Part shown: in pieces, positions 42,613-54,600 of the stretch
Layout: every line of letters starts with the position of its first letter
Numbering within the stretch: the first letter of the stretch is position 1
Assembly: GCA_964016885.1 (NCBI GenBank)
Contig: OZ024759.1
Span: 23,498,001 to 23,562,000, forward strand
Direction of reading: 5' to 3'
Length of the DNA stretch: 64,000 nt
From: Eledone cirrhosa
Lineage: Eukaryota
Translations under genes and position numbers: made by a program
Notes under the pieces: generated by a model
The model's database searches: none
What the model was told of the DNA's origin: nothing
The model's input: the letters and a program-made list of their open reading frames with translations, nothing else

Positions 42613-45564
42613 AAAGATAACAAGGAGGATTGGTTACTCCTTCATTACATTTATTGGTTGGTGACGCGCGTTTCGCCACTGATCAGCTCAAGATTCGATC
42701 TGTATCGATCTTACCCGACTCTATAATCCGCAGCTCGGCGGACCCCTTGAAATGCTAGTAGAAAATGAATACATGCTATATGATAAAGTCAGAAGTTCAT
42801 ATGTTGGTCAATAAAGTTTGTTTTGATTGGTGGAATAGTTCATAGGGATGTTTTTGCCCGTAGTGTATGTGGGGGTGGGTGTGGTGATAAGATGGTGGTG
42901 TCAGTCCCAGGCTGAGGTGGGTTGTGGATTGTCAGTAGACAGATTGGCATATATTTGTGGCTGATTTTTGTGTGTAGGTTTGGTGTGGAGTTGTTCTTTG
43001 TTGTAATGGTGTTTATGGTGGTGTGATGGATGTGTAGGTGGTGTCAAATTCAATAAGGAGATACATACATAGACACACTTAGTTTGACAAAAACGTTGTA
43101 TACATACACATGTGTATATATATATATATGTATAGAGTGAGGGGGAGAGCCAGTGGAGATGGCGTTTTACATATAAATATACTTACACACAGTCACACAC
43201 ACTTGCGTTGTTTAGAGAGCGATGATATGTGTTGGTGATGTTAATCATGTTAATGATTGTTGATGTATGGAGGTGTGCCTTGTGGTGGCGGTGGAGGTGT
43301 TGTGTGCGACAAAATATATACAGGATCGAATTTTACGATGGGTTACAGGTTAAAAAGTGATATAGGGAACACGGGGAAAACAAGGCTGTGGACGTATAGC
43401 GATGTGTGTGGTAGAGGTGGTGGTAGTGATGGTGGTAGTAGTGGTGGGGTGATGTGTTCAACAATATATTTACATGATCGGATGTTATGGTGGTTTACAA
43501 GGTAAAACCTGACAGAGAGGACAGATATAACACAGTGGTTCTGGGAGGGAGGGATGATATGTGTTGCTGATGTTAATGATGTTAATGATTGTTGAAATAT
43601 GGAGATGTATCTGGTGGTGTGTGCGACAGAATATTTACAGGATCGAATTTTATGAAGGATTTCAGGTTAAAAATTGACAGAGGGAACATGGGGAAACTAG
43701 GTTGTGGATGAGGGATGGTAGACATATAGCGATGTGTGGTGGTGGTGGTAGTGGTGGTTGTGGCAATGGGGTGATATTCATTCCTGTGTATTTAACATAC
43801 ATACACATATATATGTATATATGTGTATGTAAGTATGTATATATATAAGTATATATAGTATATATATTTATATATATATATGTGTATGTAAGTATGTATA
43901 TATATAAGTATATATAGTATATATATTTATATATATATATATGTGTATGTAAGTATGTATATATATAAGTATATATAGTATATATATTTATATATATATA
44001 TATGTGTGTGTGTATGTATATACATATATGTATATATATATGTTTACACACACACACACATATATATATACACACACATATATATATATATATATATAAA
44101 TGGAAAAAATGAAATTTCATTTCTCAGATATCATCATCATCATCGTTTAATGTCCATCTTCCACGCTTGCATGGGTTTGGACGATTAACATCACCAATAT
44201 ATATATGTGTGTGTGTATATACATATATATATATAAATTACAAAGTACAAACTTATTACACTGAATATTACACAAACCTTATGTTGATATTTTCTGTTGT
44301 AGTATAAAAGGAATTCTCCTGCGTATGGATTTTCATATGTTCTGTTAAATTACAAGAAATTATAATCAATTTTTAGTTTTACCTTTTTGTGACTATTTCT
44401 AATAAAATACTCTCTATTTCAATGAATTAATACCGGAATTTGGGGAATTTACTAAAATTATTACATACTTTATAACTAAGAGAGCAACTTAACATATGGT
44501 TATTATATAAAATTATGTTGGAAGATTTTAATTTAAATAGAAACACTTTAAAATGGGTGGTTTTGTTTCATAGAACAAGAGCTGGCTTTGGTTGGGTAAG
44601 TATTAAAGAGATTTAATAATATAGCTAACTTTCTCATTATTAAGCTGGCATTTGGAACATAACTTAACAAAGGTTCTTACATAACTTAACAAAGGTTCTT
44701 CTGGCGGAATGTTTGAAGATAAATTTAAATACATAAAGGATACACATTTGACTCAATGGCCATGAGTATCTGAGGGCGTGTGTATCTGGTCTAGAATAGG
44801 TACACCATATCTCAGTCTACTGTAAAAAGTAACTAAAAGGGTTAGTGCCAGGAAGGGCATCTGGCTGTAAAGCAATGCCTCAAAAAGTCCCATCCAGCCC
44901 ATGTCAGCATGGAAATGTGACCATAAAAACAATGTTACTGGTACTGCTGATGATGATGATGAACCAGGATGGTTTCAAATGGTTTGGTATGAAAAGGGTT
45001 AACCCTTTAGCATTTAAACCAGCCATATCCGACCAGAATTCTCTCACCTCTTTCTGTTCAAACCGGCTGTAACCAGCCACTCATACTGATGTGATTGTAT
45101 TGTTCTCAAAATAAATAATATCAAAATCTCATAGATTTGATATTATGTGAGATAAAGCCTTTACCATGAAAATATAATTGTAAATATAGAGTAATGTAAA
45201 TGCTAAAGGGTTAAAGAATAAAAATGGAATATGAAAGGGTGAAACTTACTTGCTGTTGAAATCTGTTACATATGGTGCCATAGCTACACAAATTGTCTGT
45301 TTATCTTGGTTTATTACTTTCAACTGAAAATATAAAATATAAAAGAAAATTAGCAGTGAGTGTATAAATAAAGAATTATATTAAGAATTGGGTATATTTA
45401 TTATTAGTACAGATTAAAGTTTAAGCAAAAAATGTCTGCCTTCACCATACAGGATCTGCTGAAACTTTCAAAAGATCCTGTATAGGATGAAAGCAGAAAT
45501 TCTGTGCTTAAACTTTAATCCGTACTAATAATAAATATTTACTCTACAGGTTTATATATACATT

Positions 45565-45608
<44 letters not shown>

Positions 45609-48600
45609 CCTTATCAAGCCCTCTTTGGATTTTGGTCTTTGTATTTGTTATTACTATATATATATATATATATAATATATTATAGCTTAGGTGGTCTAGT
45701 GGTAAGATGTGAGATAGTTGAGACCTTGATTTAGAGTTCAATCTTGGCTATGGTCACCAGTTGGCAGCTAAACTTTTGCCAGGTGGTGCTATTAAGTTAG
45801 ACTTGGCCTGGGCCAATACTGGCCGAAAGTTATCAAAGTTATATAATATATATATTGAGAGAGAGAGAGAAGTTTATTTTTTAAGTGTACAATGGAATTA
45901 ATTTACCTCTAAAACTTCACGTTTCATGACAACTTTGTGAGTGTTGTTGTTGTTGTTGTAATGGAGATCAATGGACAAATGTAGATGTCTGATCTGGTCC
46001 TTGTCATAGATCATGTCAGTCTTGGCTTTGATAGGTATTTCCAGAGGTAACCACCATTTGTCTTTGGAGAGACGATAGCTACATTTCATGTCATTCCATA
46101 AAGTTGTGACTTCAGCAATCTTCTCGTCACACCTGTGGCCATTGTTAGTTTCATTGAGAGCAACTGACACGTAGATGTCACAGGTATCATTGCAGTAGAA
46201 TGACAATGGCACTGAAGTCATGAGTAAGATGTTTGTAAAATTAGCACCTTCCATTAACTCGATGTATTTTGGTGATATCACCTAAAGAAATAAAAAAAAA
46301 ATGATAACAATAATGATAAAGGTTTCTACTTTAGGCACAAGGCCACCAATTTGGGGCGAGGGGAAAGTCGATTAAATTGACTCCAGGGCATGACTGGTAC
46401 TTTATTTTATGCCCCATGATCACCTGCTGGCAAAGGGAAGTGGGGTTGCCCCACGATGACCTGGTGGCAAAGGGAAGCGGGTCCCTAGGATCACCTGGTG
46501 ACAAACCTTCCAAATAGACCTAATGAGAGTCAACATCACTTGGCACGGATGCGAAAAAGCTGCTGTTGATCATGAACATTGGCAACCACTTACTGCTCAA
46601 ATCACTGAAAGGCGCCGAAGAACCTAAAACTAAGAGAATGTTGCCAATATTGCCAATAGAAATAAACTCACACACCATATAATTTTCACTTTATCTTTAT
46701 TGTTTGTTATTCAACTGTTTATCAAAGTTCTTTTGTCACACATTCTGTGACCTCCTCAATGATTATTTGTCTTGTTATTGGTCTTAAACTCCTACTCTAT
46801 TGCCAAATACAAGATGGAGTCGAAAAAGTTCCCAGTCCACGCTGTAAAGTGATCGTGTAGGTGACATGACAAAAAGTGGCCAGTTCACACTGTAAAGTGG
46901 TCGTGTAGGTGACATGACGAAAAGCACCCAGCACACACTGTAAATTGGTCATGTAGGTGACACAACAAAAAGCACCCAGCACACACTGTAAATAGATCAT
47001 GTAGGTGACATGACGAAAAGCAGCCAGCATACACTGTAAAGTGGTCGTGTAGGTGACATGACGAAAAGCATCCAACACATACTGTAAAGTGGTCATGTAG
47101 TTGACATGACGAAAAGCACCCAGCATACACTGTAAAGTGGTCATGTAGGTGACACAACAAAAAGCACCCAGCACACACTGTAAAGTGGTCATGTAGGTGA
47201 CATGACGAAAAGCACCCAGCACACACTGTAAATAGGTCATGTAGGTGACATGACGAAAAGCACCCAGCATACACTGTAAAGTGGTCATCTAGGTGACACA
47301 ACAAAAAGCACCCAGCACACACTGTAAATAGGTCATGTAGGTGACATGACGAAAAGCACCCAACACATACTGTAAAGTGGTCATGTAGGTGACACAACAA
47401 AAAGCATCCAACACACACTGTAAATAGGTCATGTAGGTGACATGACGAAAAGCATCCAACACACACTGTAAAGTGGTTGACATTAGGAAGGGCATCCAGC
47501 TATAGAAACCAAACCCAAATCAGCCACGGGTGAGTGAAACACAGTCCTCTGACCTGATTCTCTCCCAAAGGGACAGCCCATCCTACCCATGCTAGCACGG
47601 AAAATGGACGTTAAATGATGATGAACGATGACAAATAATTGTTTCTACTTTTGGCACAAGGCCAGCAATTATCCCAGTGCATTACTGGTACTTTATTTTA
47701 TCGACCCCGTAAGGATGAATGGCAAAGTTAATCTAGGCAGGATTTGAACTCAGAATGGCAAGGGCCGTAACTCTATGCATCAAAGTATGGCGTCCAACCC
47801 TCTACCGATACTGCCAATTCACCGCCCTAACGATGACAAATAATGAAAGGATTAAATGAGAAAATCCCATAAAATTTATTAACTTACTTCAATTGAAACA
47901 ATTAGGGGATCACTGACTTTTTCAGAAATAGTGTGATTCTGGCAGTCTGCATTGTTACAGATAAAAACACTGCATCTAACCTGAATTGAAAAGGAAAAAT
48001 ATATATGAGGATAAACATACTGAATGAGAGCTGAAGATGTTATACATATACTCACACATACACACGTATACATACACATGCATATTCACACACTAACATA
48101 CACACATATACACATGCATATACACATGCATACACACATACATACACGTACATACTCATACACAAGCATACACAAACACACAAACAAATATACACACATA
48201 TGCACTAACACAGATACATACACGCTCACACGTACATACCTGCACACACATACATATACACACATACATACACACAATCACATACACAATCACATATACA
48301 TATACACACATTCTTCTTCTTTGACACTATACTCCACCAGTTGCAGACTGCGCATCAACATGAGATATTTTTCTCCACAAATTCGATCACAAGCAACAGA
48401 GTTCAAAGAGCAAAGATCAAGTCCAGTTCATCGGTTGACATTATCAAGCCATCGTTTTGGCTGCCGGCCTCTGCTTCTCTTACCAGCCAACCTTCCTTCC
48501 AGGAATATATAATACCTTTCGATCACAAGCAACAGAGTTCAAAGAGCAAAGATCAAGTCCAGTTCATCGGTTGACATTATCAAGCCATCGTTTTGGCTGC

Positions 48601-51600
48601 CGGCCTCTGCTTCTCTTACCAGCCAACCTTCCTTCCAGGAATATATAATACCTTTCGATCACAAGCAACAGAGTTCAAAGAGCAAAGATCAAGTCCAGTC
48701 CATCGGTTGACATTATCAAGCCATCGTTTTAACTGCCGGCTTCTGCTTCTCTTACCAGCCAACTTTCCTTCCTTCTAGGCATAACCTACTCACACAGAGA
48801 GTTGACTTTTTATATGACCGTAGAGTTTGAGTACTCTCGACTTGACAATTGATGTAATTGGTTTAACCCTTTAGCATTCAGATTACTCTATATATACTAT
48901 TATATATTCATGGTAAATGCTTTATCTCACATAATATCGAATCTATGAGATTTTGAAAGTATTTATTTTGAGAACAATACCTTAACATCAGTTTGAGTGA
49001 CCAGTTACAACCAGTTTCAACAGAAAAAGGTAGAGAATTCTGGCCGGTTTGAACATTAAAGGGTTAAACTTGCCATATCCGGCCAGAATTTTCTCACCCC
49101 TTTCTGTTCCAACTGGCTGTAACCAGCTGCTCATACTGATGTTAAGATATTATTCTCAAAATAAATAATATTAAAATCTCATAGAGTCGATGTTATATAA
49201 GATAATTATGTGAGGTAAAGCGTTTACTGTGAAAATACAATAGTAAACAAAGAGTAATGTAAATGCTAAAGGGCTAAGTCTGGTAAATGTTGAGCAGCTC
49301 ACTGATACTGATACACATATACATTCATATGGAGGCACATGGCTTAGTGGTTAGAGCATTGGCCTTGCAATCGAAAGGTTGTGAGTTCAAATCTCAGACC
49401 AGGCGATGTGTTGTTTCCTTGAGCAAGACACTTTATTTCAGAATGCTCCAGTTTACTCAGCTGTAGAAATGAGATGATATGGACTGGGGTCCATATCATT
49501 CTGCTGCAAAGTGGTCGTGGAGGTGCCACGGAAAAAAAGCACCCAGCACTCACTGTAAAGGAGGTTGGTGTTAGGAAGGGCATCCAGCTGTAGAAATCAA
49601 GCCAGAATCAGTTCTCGTTCCACCCTTGCAAGCAGGGAAAAGTGGACATAAAATGACGATGATGATGATGATGATGATTCACACATATATGAATGGTAAT
49701 GAAAGTGTTAAACTTACCTGAGTTCCAATTAACATGTTTGATGTAAATTCATCATTAAGAGTAGCCACCACATTTCTCTCATTTGTCATCAAGGTAGTTG
49801 TCTCAACGATTTCATCATTAACGAACCATCTAACGAAATATGTTGTGTTGCTTGTTGTTGATGAAATGTTTGGCAAATGGCATTGGATCCTTTGATCCAT
49901 TTTTGAAATGTTTACTGTGGGGGGTTTGAACATAAGTGTTGGAGGTCCTTCAAGATAAAACAAAACAAATAAAAACTCAGTTATTTTCTATATTTTTTAA
50001 ATTGTTGTTTATTCATTTATTTGTTGTTTTTTTTCTTTCTATTATTTACTTATTTTTAACGAAACAAAATATATATATATAATATATATGTGTGTATATA
50101 TATATATAATATATATGTGTGTATATATACTCGAATATAAGTCAAAACGCCCCCCCCCCCCCATTTTATGTCTTTGAAATGGGCAGAAGAAGAAGAAGAA
50201 GAAGAAGAAAATGAAGGAGAGGCGAAGAAGAAGAAAGAGAAGAAGAAGGAGAAGGCAAAGAAGAAGGCAAAGAAGAAGGCAAAGAAGAAGGCGAAGAAGA
50301 AGAAGGCAAAGAAGAAGAAGGCGAAGAAGGCGAAGAAGAAGAAGAAGAAGGCGAAGAGGAAGAAGAAGAAGGCGAAGAAGAAGAAGAAGAAGAAGAAGAA
50401 GAAGAAGAAGGCGAAGAAGAAGAAGAAGAAGAAGAAGAAGAAGAAGAAGAAGAAGAAGAAGAAGAAGAAGAAGAAGAAGAAGAAGAAGAAGGCGAAGAAG
50501 AAGAAGAAGAAGAAGAAGAAGAAGAAGAAGAAGAAGAAACAGAAGAAGAAGAAGAAGAAGAAATATAAACTAAATTGATATTTACCTCCATTGCACTTCC
50601 ATTCCAAATAGCCATAGTATGGCCATTTTATGAAGTTGTCCAGATCCATATCTTTGTAACCAACAGATAGGTAACACATTTTGAATAGAACACTGGCATC
50701 AATAGATCGACACAGGAAGCTTCTTTCTTTTAAGCACAATCTCAGACATTCAGTATATGTTGAAATATTAGCGATAACCTTAGAGTTATATCCAGCTAAA
50801 GAGTAGCCAATTTTTCGCTCTGTCGTCCAGCCTCGTTTTCTGCAAGGATCTGAAATATGGAAAGAAGAACAGACCACAATTTAGACATTTCATTACATTT
50901 TATTTAAATTTTATTTAATGAAAGACACTGACTATAATTTTCAAATCATTTTGAAAATAATCAAGATTTTGGAGGGGATTTCCACACTGTAAAGTGGTCA
51001 TGTAGGTGTCATGACAAAAAGTACCCAGCCCACACTGTAAAGTGGTCATGTAGGTGTCATGACAAAAAGTACCCAGCCCACACTGTAAGGTGGTCATGTA
51101 AGTGTCACGATAAAAAGTACCCAGCCCATACTGTAAGGTGGCCATGTAGGTGTTCTAACAAAAAGCACCAAGCACACACTATAAAGTGGTCATGTAGGAG
51201 TCACAACAAAAAGCACCAAGCACACACTGTAAAGTGGTCATGTAGGAGTCATGACAAAAAGGACCCAGCACACACTGTAAATGTGGTTGCCATTAGGAAG
51301 GGCATCTAGCCATAGAAACCAAGCCAGTAAAAGTTCTATATGACCAAGACACTGTCACCTGATCATCTGACCCAACTTGCATTAAATGGGACAACCTCTC
51401 TAACCCATACTAGCATGGAAAAGGGACGTTAAACGATGATGATGATTATATAATTAACTGTCTGAATATTTAGCTGGCGTTTGGAACTTAAAGGTTCTTA
51501 CATAAAATGATCATGGAAGATTTTTAGATAAATATAAACACTTTACTATATTTCTAATGAAAGATACTGTCTATAATTTTCAAATAATCTTGAAAATAAT

Positions 51601-54600
51601 CAAGATTTTGGAGGGATTTAATAACTACTTTCTCCTTATTTAGCTGGTGTTTAGGGTAGTAGATTGTCATAATTGGTAAAGTGTCAAACAAAATCCAGTT
51701 AATTTGAAGTTGATGAAAATCATCAAAATATTGACTCCAAATATAAGCTGACTACCCACCACTACTCGCACCATTTTACCATCAAATTTTTTTTGTCACA
51801 TATTCCTTGACTTATATTTGAGTATATATGGTACTTCAGCAGGTTCTCTGCCTCCAACTTAGTTGCTATGGACACAAACGCCCGGTACCATGGCCCAGCT
51901 TGCAGAGGAAAAGAAGATAAACAAATACCGGGGATTGTCCAACCACATCCTCTACGCACTGATCACTGTCGAGGCCTCAAGCATACTTGTACTCCGTACC
52001 TTCGAGCTCCTCCACAAGATCGAAAAGTCAGCAGCCTGTCTGAGGAAGGATCCCCGTGAGATGGGGTGGCTGTGGGTGTCACTCGCCATTGTCCGCAGGA
52101 ATGCTTTTGTGGTCTTGTCCACGGGGTGCAGCCCCATTACTGCCACACCATAGGCCCAGAGCCCAATACCCCTCCCTCTTCTTCTATGACACTACAGTCC
52201 TTACCATTCCCTCCCTTTTCCGTTTTTTTTCTTTTCTTTTTTCTTTATATTTTCCTATTTTAAATTCCATTCTTTCTTCTCTGCTACTCATAACATGTAA
52301 CTCAGTACAACCTGTCGCATGGTCGGGTCGTCAATGACTAAATCGGCAACCCCACCAAGTTTACTTGGTGAGGAGGGTGATTTTGGACACCCAGCAGGAC
52401 AAAAAACAAAACCTGACAAAGGGCAGAAGAACTCATAAGAGTCAACGGCCATAAAAAAAATCCTGCCAAATCAATGGGTAGCAGTAGTTCCAGCTGCACG
52501 CATCGAAAGACTGGTGTAGTGGTTCTGAGAACAATGCGGCTTTGCAGATGATCAATGCAAATTTAGAATGGAAAGGCGCTCCTGCTCGAGTTAGAAGAGA
52601 ACTGTTGACCTTCTGGAGAAGTAGCGACCCCTGATTGTATTCAGCAACTGAAACAAATATGAAGTACACCAAATCCAATGCTCCTAGGGGTGGCCCTGGT
52701 TCTTCTTATTTGCGAGTATAAACTCGGCCAGATTGGATTAGATTAGATTCTTTCTTCTCAATCTAAATTTCCGTTTTTTTCTTTTTCCATTAAACTGTAT
52801 TTACATGATATATTCCATAGATAAATTTACCTAAAATTTCCTAGGTTGGTAAAACTTACCGTTTTCGCATTGCCATTCATAATATTCATAGTCTTCAGAA
52901 TGCATAACAAACTTGTTTGGAACATCAACAAAATCTTTATCATTCAAATAACATATTTTCAGCTTTTTATTATAGTTGGTTGATCTGCAATTGAAGTTAA
53001 CGGATGAAACACAAGCTTCTTGGCAGTCACTAGCATTCTGTACATTTTCCAGAATTTGTTTCTCTGTCACATTAAGAAAATAACCACTCTGTCTTTTCCA
53101 AACCATCTTCAGTCCCTGGCAAATATCTGTTATAAAATTAAAAGAATAAAAAAGGCAATATATTACTATATAACATTCATATTTTTTTTTTAACAATATA
53201 TATATTTTGCTGGTTTGAGAGCTGATGAGGGTGTAGATGTGTGTGTGTAAACTTGTCTTGTACATCACCTTTCTTTATTTATTTCCTCCAGTCACATCTG
53301 TGTGCCAGCGCACTTCTCCTTGTCTTCTTCTTTCAGTCTTTTATATATTTCAAGGTGTCACTCAATCTAGTAATTGAACCCACAAACCTATGATTGTCAA
53401 CTAATACTCTAACTATTTGACCACACACCTTCATAAGAGTATATTTATTGGAAATATGGTGACAAAAGTATTAAATAACGAAATGATTGTTGGAGTGAGC
53501 TATAAGTTTTATTTTAGTGAGCTACCTACCTTCAGATATTTGCCAAATACTTGTATTGATTTCAGGGTCACAGTATTTTTTACTTTCTTTATGATTAAAT
53601 TCTCCTTTCTCATAACAGAGACCATCAATATAGCAATGGGAAAGCTGTTAGCATAGAGATATAGAAAGCATTGTCAATAGAGAAATAGGAGAACGAACTG
53701 TAAACAATAAGAGACAGTGTCAATAGAGCAATAGGAGAATTGTAAACAATTAGAGACAGTGTCAATATAATAATGGGGAAACTCAGCAATAAGAGATAAT
53801 GTCAATAGAGTAATAGGAGAACTAAATAATAAGAGACAGTGTCAATAGAACTATGGGAGAACTGTAAATAAGAGACAGTGTCAATAAAGCAATGGGAGAA
53901 CTAAAAATAAGAGACAATGTCAATATGATAATGGGGAAACTCAACAATAAGAGACAACGTCAATAGAGTGATGGGAGAACGGTAAAAAATAAGAGACATA
54001 CTATACATATATAGAGTCAGATAGGGTACCCTCCTTAGGAAAGGAGCACACTGTATAATGTTTCCAAAGATTGGAATATAACCAGAAAGAGAGAGTGGGG
54101 AACAAGCAAAGAGATTGGGATATTTGCTGAGGATTGGGGCTAGCTCTAGGGTACAATTTTGGAGGGGACAAAAAGATAGCTGGTTAAAAGTTTTGTATAT
54201 AATTTTACCTGTGATTTGCCATTTACTGTTGCATTTGTCTGAAACAGAAAATAATAAAAAAAAAAAAATTAATTAATTAATTATGTATGTATATATGTAT
54301 GTGTGTTGGGAGTGTATGTATGTATGCATTTTTTCATGCAATGGCCATACTTGATAAGAAGAGGGCAGCCGTCATGTATGTATGAATGTGTGTGTGTGTG
54401 TGTATGTGTGTGTGTGTGTGTGTGTGTATTGTTTGTGCAATTGCCATACTTGATAACAAGGGGGCAGCCATCATGTATGTATGTATATATGTATGTGTAT
54501 GTATGTATATATGAATGTGTGTGCATGTGTGTATATATGTATGTTTGTATGTTTGAAGGGTCACCTCTAATTTAAAGGTTGCTATGGATCAATGCCAGGG

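Noticed and set aside
46797-47495. Cys/His-rich repeat ORFs or a CRISPR-like array
   Set aside because: 48-bp SINE-derived tandem repeat with no unique spacers, no cas genes and a eukaryotic context.
50166-50615. Poly-K/R/S/F ORFs
   Set aside because: (GAA)n tract in an intron; only 50586-50849 is exonic.
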